The notes under the pieces: model-generated
Told to the model about the DNA's origin: nothing
The model's database searches: none
The model's input: only the letters and a program-made list of their open reading frames with translations
Assembly (NCBI RefSeq): GCF_009914755.1
Contig: NC_060940.1
DNA from: the human T2T-CHM13v2.0 reference genome, Homo sapiens
DNA: 64,000 bases
Reading direction: 5' to 3' (one strand)
In this document: piece after piece, positions 52,172 to 64,000 of the stretch
How the letters are laid out: each line of letters opens with the position of its first letter
How positions within the stretch are numbered: position 1 is the stretch's first letter
Position numbers and translations under genes: made by a program

Positions 52172-52845
52172 TAGTAGTTCCCCCATATCCACTGGAATAT
52201 ATTCCAGGATGTTCCCTAGATGCCTAAAACCACGGATATTTCCAAACCCTATGATGTGGTTTGACTGTGTCCTCACCAGAAATCTCATCTTGAATTATAA
52301 TCTCCAAAATCCCTAGGTGTCAAGGGCGGGACTAGGTGGAGGTAAATGGATCACAGGGATGGTTTCCCCCATGCTGTTCCACTGATAGTGAGTGAGTTCT
52401 CATGAGATCTGATGGTTTTAGAAGCATCTGGCATTTCCCCTGCTGGCACTCATTCTCTCTCCTGCCGCCCTGTGAAGAGGTACCTTCTGCCATGATTGTA
52501 AGTTTCCTGAGGCCTCCCTAGCCATGCGGATCTGTGGGTCAATGAGACCTCTTTATCAATTACTCAGTCTCGAGTATTTCCTTATAGCAATGTGAGAATG
52601 TACTAATACACCCTATATATACAGGTACTATGTTTTATCCTATACATGCCTATGATAAGATTTAATTTATAAATTAGGCACAGAAGTAGATTAACAACAT
52701 TAATTATAAAATAGAACAATTATAACAATATACTTAAATAAAAGTTATATGAATATGGTTTCTTTCTCTCAAAATACTGTAATATTTTTGTACCACAGTA
52801 ACTGAAACAGTACAAAACAAAACTGCAGATAAGGGGGGAACATTG
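52172..52845. mobile_element. MER44A split by a THE1 LTR
   Basis: tagtagttcccccatatcc...gataaggggggaacattg; TA TSD on both sides. Confidence 0.85.
52252..52610 (+). mobile_element. THE1C/THE1D solo LTR
   Basis: tgatgtggtttgactgtgtcc...catgattgtaagtttcctgaggcctcc...actaataca; perfect 5-bp TSD cccta. Confidence 0.92.
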
Positions 52846-53504
52846 TATTTCAGAATGTGACCTTATTTGGAAATAGGACCTAGGATCACTTGTGGAAGTA
52901 GTTAAGATGAAGTCATACTGGAGTAGGATGGCCCCTAATCCAATATGATGTCCTCATAAAAAGTGAAAATTTGGACATACACACACACACACAGAACATC
53001 ATGTGAATGTGAAGGTGGAGATCAGGCGATGCATGTACAAGCCAAGTAATATCAAAGATGGCAGCCAACTACCAGAAGCTGGGAAGGCATCCTGGAACAG
53101 ACTCTCCTTCATGCCCCAGAAGGAACCAACTTTGCCAGCACAGTGATCTTGGACTTCTGGCCTCCAAAAGCCTGAGACAATAAATTTCTATTGTATAAGC
53201 TACCTGGTTTGCAGTATTTTCTTATGCCAGCCTAGCAAACTAATACACCAGGTAAGATAGTTCTTCCTTCATGTAACTGACTAAACCCCACAGCACGTCC
53301 ACATCATGTGATTCAAATCTGGGGCTCAGCAAAGCTACATAATCCCACATATCATGGTCCCTTTGCAATAGTTCCTGAATTATGAAAGCTGTGCACCTTA
53401 AATCTTTCATTGCCAAAGGGTGACTGTCATTATTTATACTCCTTTTCTCTCGCAAAGGATTCAAAGTAGCTTAAGGGAAATACATAATGTAAGATAAGAC
53501 AAGT

Positions 53505-53536
53505 AAAAAAAAAAATATATATATATATATATATAA
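53505..53536 (+). repeat. (A)n(TA)n microsatellite
   Basis: Direct reading. Confidence 0.9.
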
Positions 53537-54014
53537 TACTATGACCAGAAAAAAAAGAGAGTTAGAAGATTAACGGGACGATGGAGTTGGTGAAGTTTCA
53601 TCTTCCTAAGCAATGAAAACTATATAACTGATTGTGTTGTCTTTTTGCCTTGGCCACCAGGGTGCTCAGAATGACATTTGTAGCTCAACTGTTTTCACTG
53701 TTCAGAATGTGGCTCTGAGCTTCTTGGTGGTCAGTTACTAACCACTTCCATAATGGAAGTGATGCTTTTCTAGCAGGTCATCTGAAAATAATGGACAGAA
53801 GAACTAGATGTAAGTCCCTTAAGGAACTTAGGAGAAAGATATAAATTTCAGATTATGATAGAAAAGCTCATACTATGTGAAGCCGGGAGGGAGTGCTCAA
53901 ACTTGTTACTGTTCTCAACTGACCGACTGCCATGAGCACACCTGGTGCCTTCTGTGTGCCACCTCCTGGATGATAGTATCACATGAGAAATGAGATGTAG
54001 GGCTGGGACTTAGG

Positions 54015-54240
54015 CTAGCGGTGTTTTAAAAATTGAGGAATTCTACGTTTGATTAAAAATCCAGATTTTGTTTCCTTTGTAATAAATCAGAAAGATCTGG
54101 CATGACTGGTCCCCTCGCACTCCTACATAGCAATGATGGCCTAGAGTTTGTTCCTTTAGATGGGACATAGGCCACAGTCCCTACCTTTCCCTTTTCTTCT
54201 TCTACCAGGCCCCACCACATGTGGAGCTTGTGCCCCATGA
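54015..54240. mobile_element. MER103C-like
   Basis: aaaaatccagattttg...aaatcagaaagatctggcatgactgg...tcctacatagcaatg. Confidence 0.65.
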
Positions 54241-54532
54241 TCTATTAGCATCCTCAGGGCAAGGTAGTGTGGTAGTGACTGTTCTCCCCGTTGCATAGGT
54301 GAAGACTAGAGTCAAATAGGCTTTGACATAAATGTCACTCCCTGAGTTGTGCAGTGAAACAGCCCATGCAACTGCACACTGGGCCATGCAAGATGAGGTG
54401 ACTTTCTCAACATCACTAGCTAGGAAATGCCAGGGCCAGAAGACTGCAGTGAAGGTTAAATAAAATAAGAAAATGATGTATGTTTGGTGACTAACCTATC
54501 TGAAGCTCAGTGAAGCTCACACATACACACAC

Positions 54533-54745
54533 ACGGTGACGTGCTTATAAATGTTTAATGATGACTTCACCATGGAGAGAGGGGGAACCTTAATTTTAAA
54601 GTTTGCCAATTTCTATGGTGTAAATGCTCTCATGGTGGCTGATTTCAAGCTACCAATGTGAAGTCAACCAGCTTTTGCAAAATACCTGAAAATGTAACAA
54701 TTGGCTCTTGGGGGCTGCTACAAGCCAGCTCCAGCCTATTATGAT
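54533..54745. mobile_element. MER63A-like
   Basis: gtttgccaatttctatggtgtaaat...gatttcaagctaccaatgtg...cctgaaaatgtaacaattggctct...ccagctccagc. Confidence 0.75.
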
Positions 54746-55371
54746 GTGAGCTCCCATTGGCTCACTAGAGCCAGTCCTTAAATTTATATGGGATGTTTTA
54801 TATCATATGTTATGTTATAGATTATGTTGTTAAAAGTATACATATACTTTTAAAGCACAATATATATTTAATAAATAATATATAATTAAAGTAGATGAGA
54901 TACCATTTTAATAAATTATATACAGTTTTAATAGAGAACATCATCATTCATACATATTTTATTTCCTATTAAAGATTATATGATAGAATAGGAAATGATA
55001 TAAATATTACATTTTAAAAGATTATAAAGAAAAGAGTAGAATATCCACAAAGGTTAGTTCCTTTCTGGTCCTGTTCACAGAGCTCAGCTTTTCATGGATT
55101 AGAATCCAGGCAGAAACCCATATCGAGGTACTGGATGCTTCATTAGCCATGGAATGGATTCCAGGGAGGCAACGATTTGTTAATGGTCTGCGACTGGTGA
55201 TGAGATCACTTGGGCCCAGATCCGGCTGCTTATCTGTTGGGAGTGATCACTTCTGGGTCCCAGCAGAGTGTGGAGAAGCGAAGTGAGTTGACACATCCCA
55301 TCAACGAAGACTCTGTTTTGTCCTAGACTGGCATGACTTGCTCTAAGAAGTCTGTCATGCAAGGGCTCCAC

Positions 55372-55551
55372 TTACACATATACGCAGTACACCTATACCT
55401 ATGCACGGACACACGTCCATATATACACACACAGCTGTACACACATATATGTACACACACATACAAGCACACCTGCGACTGTGCACACACACACACACAC
55501 ACATATTCACAACCAGGTGTTGGCACATACCATATGCACATATATACACAG
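55372..55551 (+). repeat. Degenerate (CA/TA)n alternating purine-pyrimidine tract
   Basis: Direct reading; (CA)n core at 55484-55503. Confidence 0.9.
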
Positions 55552-55694
55552 ATTCTTCTTTGAAATCTTCCTGTAAATTACAATGAGGGATTGAAAGCCT
55601 TGATGTTCCTGGAATTCAAGGCCAAAGCCCTAGATTTAGGAAAACAGGTACCTTCTGTGGTCAAATAGATGCGGTCAATAGCGAAATCTTCTTT

Positions 55695-55890
55695 AAAGCT
55701 ACTATTCATTGAGCTTGTACTATGTCCCAAGACTTCATGTACATTCAGTCATTCATGCCTTACAACCAGGCCATGAGGTAGATGCTATTGTTTTCATCTG
55801 CATTTCCCAAGGGGAAACTGAGGCTCAGGAAGCTGGAACTGTCTGCTCAGGGTCACACAGCTGGCCAGTGGCAGTTTTAGTCCTCTTCTC
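55695..55890 (-). mobile_element. MIR
   Basis: ggggaaactgaggctcagg...gctcagggtcacacagctggccagtggcag. Confidence 0.8.
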
Positions 55891-56307
55891 AGGGCATTTC
55901 TATGTTCTCCCCAAATTCATCTTTCAAGTCCCTACACCAGGAGTTGATGGCTTTACAAGCCAGTCTCCCCCAGTTCACGCCGAGATGTGCATTTGTCTTG
56001 ACCATATCCTTCGTTATTTGTCCATGTAGATTCCATACTTCGTAGCTAAAAAGCATGAACTTGAACTCGAACAAAGGCTTTTTCTCCAGGGACTCAGAGA
56101 GGAGTCTGCTAAAGCATGTGAGGAAAGCTTGGCCTTCAATTCACAGGTAAGGGACCTGCTCTTTGGAAAATTCATTAGCAAGAAGGGTGCAGGAAGCCAA
56201 AACCAAAAGCCCTGTGATTTTAGGCATGCGGTTGGAGAAGATTTCACCCATTCATGTGCAAAACCTATGACTCAATTTGTAAAAAGAGCAAAGTCTGTGA
56301 GAAATGA

Positions 56308-56619
<312 letters not shown>

Positions 56620-57370
56620 GAGATTAATTTATTTTTAAAATAGGTCATTTTAAACAACATTTGCAAAACACCTACTGTGCATCAGACATGTGCGTTAACG
56701 CTTCTCAAATAACACTGCCGATGACCCATTGGGAACTGGGGTGCCAATTACACAAGAAAAGTGCTTCTCTTGCTTTCTTCTCACTGCTGCTTATTTTTAC
56801 ACCAAAGGGTTATTTATCATTTTGTTCACCAGACTTGACTGTAACTCACTTTTCTGGGTTTCACCAAATTGAGATCACTTCTAAAGGGCTTGTTGGTTGC
56901 AAAGACATTTAAAAGGGAGACCCTTGGGCTAACCTTTCCCTTCCCACATGTCACACTTTATATTTGTCGGTTTCACTGGTCATCTTCCCCTAAGATGACG
57001 TGATGCCCTCTTGGAAACATGAGCTGGGTCTCCACCTTGGCATCTCCAGCACTCCACCATGCCATGCAGGACCCAGCATCTGGAGAGTCTGCACACACAG
57101 GCTCGACGCTGCAACACTTAGCGCAGGCAGGCTTTTGACTGTCTTGGGCAAAGTCTCCCAAGGTGCCTGTTTTCTAAATGGCTGATACTCCTTTGAAAGT
57201 GAGAGATCTGACTATTTGTTCAGAAATCCCGCACTTTAGAGTCACAAGCAGGGCTTTCAGAAGTAGTTTGAACGTGCATGAATGGTCATGTATCCCCCAC
57301 ACTGTTAATAACCTCGGCATCTGCCCTGCCCACTCTCAAGGCATGTGTTAAAGACTAAAATGGGAGAAAG

Positions 57371-57376
57371 CTCTCT

Positions 57377-57413
<37 letters not shown>
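57371..57413 (+). repeat. (CT)5(GT)16 compound microsatellite
   Basis: Direct reading. Confidence 0.95.
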
Positions 57414-57414
<1 letters not shown>

Positions 57415-59039
57415 ATTTCTGTATATTTTACAGACAGGAGTAAGGAAGAGAGCATGCTGTAAGGAAACCAAATGGACACTTTGCTGTCATCTTCGCTTGT
57501 GTTGCAATCCTAGCTCTCCTTCGTGCAAATTACATGTCATCCAAGATTAAATAATCCCCCGTGTAAAACGGGAACATGAAGACGTACATTACAGGTGTAA
57601 GAGAACCCCAGGCTGCACAACCACCGTGTGGCCTGTTTGAGATTGTACAGGTGTGGGACACAGCCACACATCCTGCTTGAAATGCTTCAAGAATGTCTCA
57701 ACTTCATTAAAGTCGGGCTGATGGGACTTTGCATCCCATTTTACAGTGAGGGAGACAAAGGTGGTTGAGGAGGTACCCAGAGCCAGCCACTGCACATTCC
57801 ACCCATGTAGTCCCCCAAGGAGGCCTGTGTGCCCCCTCATTTTACAGCTGAGGAAAGGACACCTCCGAGAGCTCATGCCGGTCACCCAGCTTCACCGTGG
57901 AGGGGACTGGCCTCTGAAAACCCTGGCATTACTCTCTGCTAGCTTCCAGAGCACGAGCTTCTCGGCCATGACATTCACTAAGTTCACTGAGAGAAACCGT
58001 AGGCTGGCATTGGGCAGGCTCAATCCTAGCACTTCCTTTTCACTCCCTCACAACAGAAACTTCTGCCTTGGCTGGGAAGGGGGTTCCCACATGCTGAGAC
58101 GTGGGCCGCATTCCCCTTTCACCTAGAGTGGGACACAGGCCAGGCGGGAGGTTTCCGCCTCTGCAGGGGCTGCTGGCCTGGGCTTCTAGGAGGCCTGTTT
58201 GTGGAGACAGGAGTCGGCCCCAGGGCACCGGGAAGCCGGGGCTACTACTGAGCATATTTCTGGGGCTGGAATGCCATCCCTTGGAGAGCCTGTCTCTTAG
58301 AGACGCCAGGTCTGAGCAGGCTTTAGAAAACAGCAGAGGCCCCGTGGCGTTGGGGGGGCAGGGGGAAGAGAGTGGGGGCAGGAGGTTCCCACATGCCAAG
58401 CTACAAGGCCCTTTGTGGGGGGTTCCCTCAGGCATTTCCAATTACAGGAGTTATTTCTGCCCCGCAGATTATGTGGTTCCTGCACTTGGCGTGAGGAATG
58501 AATCGAGTCATTATTAACTCAGCAGTGTCAGCCCTGGGACCAGAGGCACCCGTTTGGAGGTAGAGCAGTTAATACACGGGCGGATTAGGTGGCTCTTAGG
58601 CTTCGCCACAATTAGAAACTCAGGACGTTTGAAATATTAACTGGGGCATGTGGGTAAGAGACAGCGCCCGGCTTCACTGCCAAGGAGATAACAGCCTGGA
58701 GGAGGCTGCGGAGAATTATGTAAGGAACGGGGCAGTGGGAAGTGGCATTTGCTGGGTACTTATTTTGCGTCAGTGGCTCCTGCAGACATTCCTCACTTTA
58801 TCTTCCCGGGAACCTCGAGGACAGGATTGTTTCCTCCATTTCACAGAGGAGGGAAGGGGGCGGAGCTCAGAGAGGGCGGATCAGTTTTCTAAGTCTGCAC
58901 AGCCAGCGAGGTCGTGCAGAGTCTGCCTTCTCTTGGCACGGTCCTCCGTCCTTCCCTGAGCCCTGGATGATCCCTGCCCATGTCCCAGAGGCATTGAGAT
59001 GCTAATGAAAAGAAGCGCTAGGAAGAAATAAAAGGAAAG

Positions 59040-59280
59040 CAATAATGATCACAGTAACTGGTATTTTTCAAGCACGTATTCCATGTGTGCGCTCTGCCAC
59101 ACTTCACAGACACCACTTTTCATCCCTGGGACCGTCCAGGGAGGTAGGTAGAATTAATTATTGTCCTCATCATGTGAGAGACTGAGACATCCTAAGATTA
59201 ACAATTACATCGAAAGAGCCATAATCAAGCTTGACTTCAGGCCTGTCCACCTCCAAAGCCCCTTCTATCTTAAAGATATT
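59040..59280 (-). mobile_element. MIR
   Basis: tcaagcacgtattccatgtg...gggaggtaggta...gagactgagac. Confidence 0.6.
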
Positions 59281-59409
59281 GTCGTGTCCCCTAGCTCCAA
59301 GAGGCAGAGGCAGGGATTGAGTCTGGGATTTGCACATCCTAATCTAGGGCACTGCACTTCGCAGCACTGCCTTGCGTTCATTCATCGTTCATTTACGTAC
59401 CAAGAATAA

Positions 59410-59797
<388 letters not shown>

Positions 59798-60655
59798 AGC
59801 ACTTAATATTTATTAATCTCTTCTTGCTCTGGATAAGAAAACAAAGGTTCCAAGGAATAGTATATTGCTGCAAAAACAGTCTGCTCTGCTCCATTGGATG
59901 GAAAGATGCAAAACCATAGACACTCACTCAGAAAGAGGTCCATGTTACATAGACCACAGTAAGAGTGAGGACAGAAGATGACAAAGCCAACAGAGGAAGT
60001 GCTGGAAGCACCAGCATGGATTCTGCATAGGAGATGCCCAGCAGTCACGGGATGGAAACGACCGAAACAGATCACAGGGGCAACCAAAGAGACCAATATA
60101 TTAATCACAGAAAATAAAATTTGACATAACCCAGTGCATCAGGGACTTGGGTTGCTGCTGTTGTTGATTTGCTTTTCTTTGTTTTGTTTTGATGCGAGAG
60201 GTCTTCTGGCCACAGGCGCTTCACTGAGGTCCCTATTTACAGTCTGGAGAACAGACAGGCACAGTCAGAACCAGATTCCTTTGGCTCAGTTCTATTTTCC
60301 ACTTCCCTAATTATGACATTCCTTCCCTTTGGACATGGTTCAAGTTCTCCTTTCCCTTGAGTTGCACCACTACCACCTGGATGCAGGAAGGAAGCAATAG
60401 ATGGTGTGTTTCTAAGAATGATAAGGAAGAAAAGCCAGAAAAGGGGGCTCTTGCTGCCCTGGCTTTGCAGCTGTCTTGGGCCCCAGCACATGCTGCCTTG
60501 AAGCACACACCATATTCACAGAGCCAGAAGGTGAGCACCCCAGTGGAAGGGCTGTGTGAGTTGCCTTTGTACCAGTGTGGTGCCTAGCGCACAGTAGGTA
60601 CACAGGAAGTCCCGACCAGGTGCATGAGTACATGGTGCAGCACAACCTCAACTAA

Positions 60656-60947
<292 letters not shown>

Positions 60948-61599
60948 AACCTCATCTAATTTCAAATGATTACTAGTAAAATATGGAAACTTCAGAATGG
61001 CTTGCTGTTATTTTTAACATATAAATTAAAGCAGATCTGATAACAACTCCATGCTACTCTCATATTTACTCACTTGGCTCTTGGTCTGTTTTCTGGAGTG
61101 GGAGAGACAGGAACAAGTGGCCCAAAGGAAAAAGCTGTGCACACTTCCCAGCCAAGCTCTGTCCTCTGTAGCTTTTGGTAAATGCTTGTTGCTGACATAT
61201 TGCTATTATGCGGTGATGTGGAGTCGTAATGTCCTATCACCCTCTCACAATTTGGGAGGAGGTTAATTAAAATCCGCCTCCATACATGGGTGAAATATCT
61301 TATCAGAATGACATGTATTAATAGAATCTCTTCCCCAGCCATAGATTACTAGTACATGCCAGCTGTTTTTATTCCCCATCTTGAAAACAAAAGAGTGAGC
61401 TACTTACACCATTGCACACAATACTTCTGAATTATCCATTACAAATTGAACCACAGATTTCTGCTTTTGACATTTATACCTAATTTCTAAATGTTACGAC
61501 ACATTTTCCTATGCTGGGAAGGCAAAGGAGACGTGTTTTCCTGTTTTTCCCAAGCTCCTCTCTTACACACTTAAAAATGGGGAAAGAGAAGGTATAGAA

Positions 61600-61930
61600 C
61601 AGGGGTTATAAACTTTTTCTATAAAGGCTCAGATAATAAATCTGTTTGGTTTTGCAGACTGTACACCTCCCAAGGCAACCACTCAGCTCTGCTGTTGAAG
61701 TGTGAAAGTGGCCACAGACAACAGGTGAATACATGGGGTGGCTGTATTTTAATAAAATTTTACTTATGGATTCCAAAATTTCAATTTCATAACATTTTTA
61801 CAGATCAAAAAATATTATGCTTTTTGTTATTGTCTTCAATCATTTAAAGATGTAAAAAGTACTCTAAACTGACAGTCATTCTAAAAAGACAGTGGCCTGC
61901 CCTGGCTCAGAAGCCACAGTTTGCTGATAG
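61600..61930. mobile_element. MER58B
   Basis: caggggttataaactttttctataaagg...actcagctctgc...caatcatttaaagatgtaaaa...ccacagtttgctga. Confidence 0.85.
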
Positions 61931-62019
61931 AAGAGGAACAATTATTTGTTTCCTTCCATAGCAAGAAGAAAGATGTTTTGGGGGGTTCGGTGACTGAAAT
62001 ACTTATGTGTAAATTTATT

Positions 62020-62446
62020 TCTACTAGGAACCCCAGTATGTGGTCTTATGTGTAAATAGAGCCTTCACATGTGTAATTGGTTAAGAATGTCGAGGTAAAA
62101 TTATCCTGAATTTAGGGTGGGCCTTAAATCCGATGACGAGGATCTTTGTAAGGGAAAGGAGGGGGAGATTTGGACACAGAGAGGCACAGAGCAAAAGGTC
62201 ATGTGAAGGCTATAGGCAGGGCTTGGAGGGCAGACACAGCCATGGAGTGCCAAAGAACGCCAGCAGGACCCAGGAGCTGAGACAGAGGAATGGGATGGGC
62301 TATCCCTCAGACCCTTCAGAGGGAAAGTGGCCCTGCCCACACCTTGATTTCAGACTTGCAGCCTCCAGAATTATGAATCAATTTCTGTTGCTTTAAGCCA
62401 CCACATTTATAGGATTCTCTTACAGCAAGAATAGGAATCTAATATA
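62020..62446 (+). mobile_element. MLT1C-like LTR
   Basis: tttagggtgggccttaaatcc...ccctgcccacaccttgatttcagacttgcagcctccagaa...gctttaagccacc. Confidence 0.85.
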
Positions 62447-62590
62447 GGGGATGAAAGGTGTTTTGCTGAGAAGGAAGAGGACCAAGATATCGGTGATGAC
62501 ATAATCCTTGAAATAATTGGGGAAGCAACCGAAAGAACTAAGCAAAGATTTTTGAAGAGCAACATAAAGAGCTGAGTCCACAGAATATCC

Positions 62591-62773
62591 TTTTATTTTA
62601 TTTATTTATTTATTTATTTTATTTTAGAAACAGGCTCTCCCTCTGTTGCCCAGGCTGGAATGTAGCAGCCCAGTTGTGGCTCACTGCAGCCTCATACTCT
62701 TGGGCTCAAGCGATCCTCCCACGTTGGCACCCCAAAATGCTAGTATTACAGACATGAGCCACTTCACCTGGCT
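62591..62773 (-). mobile_element. AluJ-type monomer (left-arm 5' end fused to right-arm 3' end; FRAM/FAM-like)
   Basis: ctcactgcagcctc...gggctcaagcgatcctccc...cccaaaatgctagtattacagacatgagcc. Confidence 0.85.
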
Positions 62774-62782
62774 GAATATTCC

Positions 62783-62948
62783 TTTTTTAAATTTTAGTGA
62801 CAGGGTCTTGCACTGTTGCCTAGGCTGACATACAGTGGTGCAGCACGATCATGGCTCACTGCAGCCTCAGACTCCTGGGTTCAAAGGATCCTCCTGCCTT
62901 GGCCTCCCAAAAGATTGGGATTACAGATGTGAACTACCTTGCCTGGCT
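62783..62948 (-). mobile_element. Second AluJ-type monomer with the same architecture
   Basis: gatcatggctcactgcagcctc...ggcctcccaaaagattgggattacag. Confidence 0.85.
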
Positions 62949-64000
62949 GAATCTTTTTCATATAAGAAATTCCATCTCCCAGTAGCCAGTGTGGCTGAAG
63001 AGAGGCCTTGGAAACACAAGAAGGTGTGAGAGACACAAATAGGGCAGAGGAAACAGCTTCATTCTCCAAAGGGTAAACCACACCCAACAGATCTGGGGAA
63101 ATCTAGTCCTGGCTGTAATGGGTACTCAGACAGTGAGGGAGCTGCAGACTTAATCCACACTGATTTTCAGGAGGCATTGGTACACCAGCCAGAAATAAGG
63201 GTGGATGAAAGGTTAGTGTGTATGTCCCTGTCTTTGAAGGAATGTAGAGCAAGGATGAAGAGCAGAGTCTAATGGGACTGATTGGGGTCACACAAGAAGG
63301 AGGTAACAAGTGTAAGATCATTCTGCTGGAGGGACTTTTCAAATAAAGATAATTCTAATGCCAGGCAGTCAGGGCTAAGAAGCAAAACTGATGCTTGGTC
63401 TCCTGCCTCTCTCCTTGGTGTCCAAGATGACCCTGAAGCTGTCACTTTGCTTCCTCCTGGGCAAACTGTTAAACTGGGACATTTGGTTCAACTTCAGTGA
63501 TGGTGGACTTCTTTTGGGAAGAGACTTCAAAGTGTCAACCCCCATGGCACCCCAACCCCTGCCTAATACAAGTATTTCATGTTGACCAATCAGAAGATGG
63601 TCATCCTCTCCATCACCTCCAGGCCATATCTGGCAGCCCCACTAACTGGGGGACTTTCTGGTTCTGGGGACAGTCTGGTTGGATGGCCCAAGCCTGGGCT
63701 TCCTGGGGGCAGTGGTCTGTGCTGAGGGATAAGGAACTTCTTACATTGCTGGAGGGAGAATATGCCTTATGAGGGTTGATTTAGTAATTAATTTCAAAAA
63801 CTAAAGAGGGACCTCTTTTCTTATACCCAGCCATTCTCCATCTAGGAACAAATCCTAACAAAATAATATCAGGAGCAAATGCAGAGATTGGTGTGGGCCC
63901 CGTGGAGGGGGAACCAGCTTTTACCTCCTGCAAGACAGGCATCCGACTTGTTCTTGGTCACAAGTGACTTATGTCTGCCTGGATGATGTATTTCACTTCT

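Larger units (their letters stand above)
52110..53247 (+). mobile_element. MLT1B-like LTR split by MER44A and THE1
   Basis: tgttacaggttgaattg...cagta [insert] cagaatgtgaccttatttggaaatagg...cctagcaaactaataca. Confidence 0.87.

Noticed and set aside
58100-58950. CpG island / gene promoter
   Set aside because: GC-rich but CpG density is only moderate by eye, with no first-exon evidence

Overview
Non-coding primate (hominoid) genomic DNA, intergenic or deep-intronic. I find no credible protein-coding exon, tRNA, rRNA or CRISPR array; all long ORFs come from simple repeats or Alus. About half the window is recognisable transposon sequence: about 18 Alu copies or fragments, many MIR and L2 fragments, CR1/L3, an RTE-X/L4 fossil, L1M, MaLR/ERV solo LTRs (MLT1, MST, THE1, LTR16, MER57) and DNA-transposon MITEs (MER1A, MER3, MER5A, MER20, MER33, MER44A, MER53, MER58, MER63, MER94, MER103C, MADE1, ORSL-like). 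Repeat names come from recalled consensus sequences, so subfamily labels and the boundaries of old elements are approximate. Main observations: (1) a ~400-bp non-tandem local duplication (14777-15192 / 16806-17196) that looks like a templated insertion into an L2 tail; (2) a young AluYd-type insertion with gibbon-type (AluYd3a1_gib-like) diagnostics, suggesting a gibbon genome; (3) a ~720-bp polypurine tract; (4) transposon-free blocks rich in homeodomain/GATA/FOX motifs that look like developmental enhancers; (5) weak minus-strand splice signals compatible with a lncRNA. I do not see evidence for a novel multi-gene system, and I cannot name the locus.
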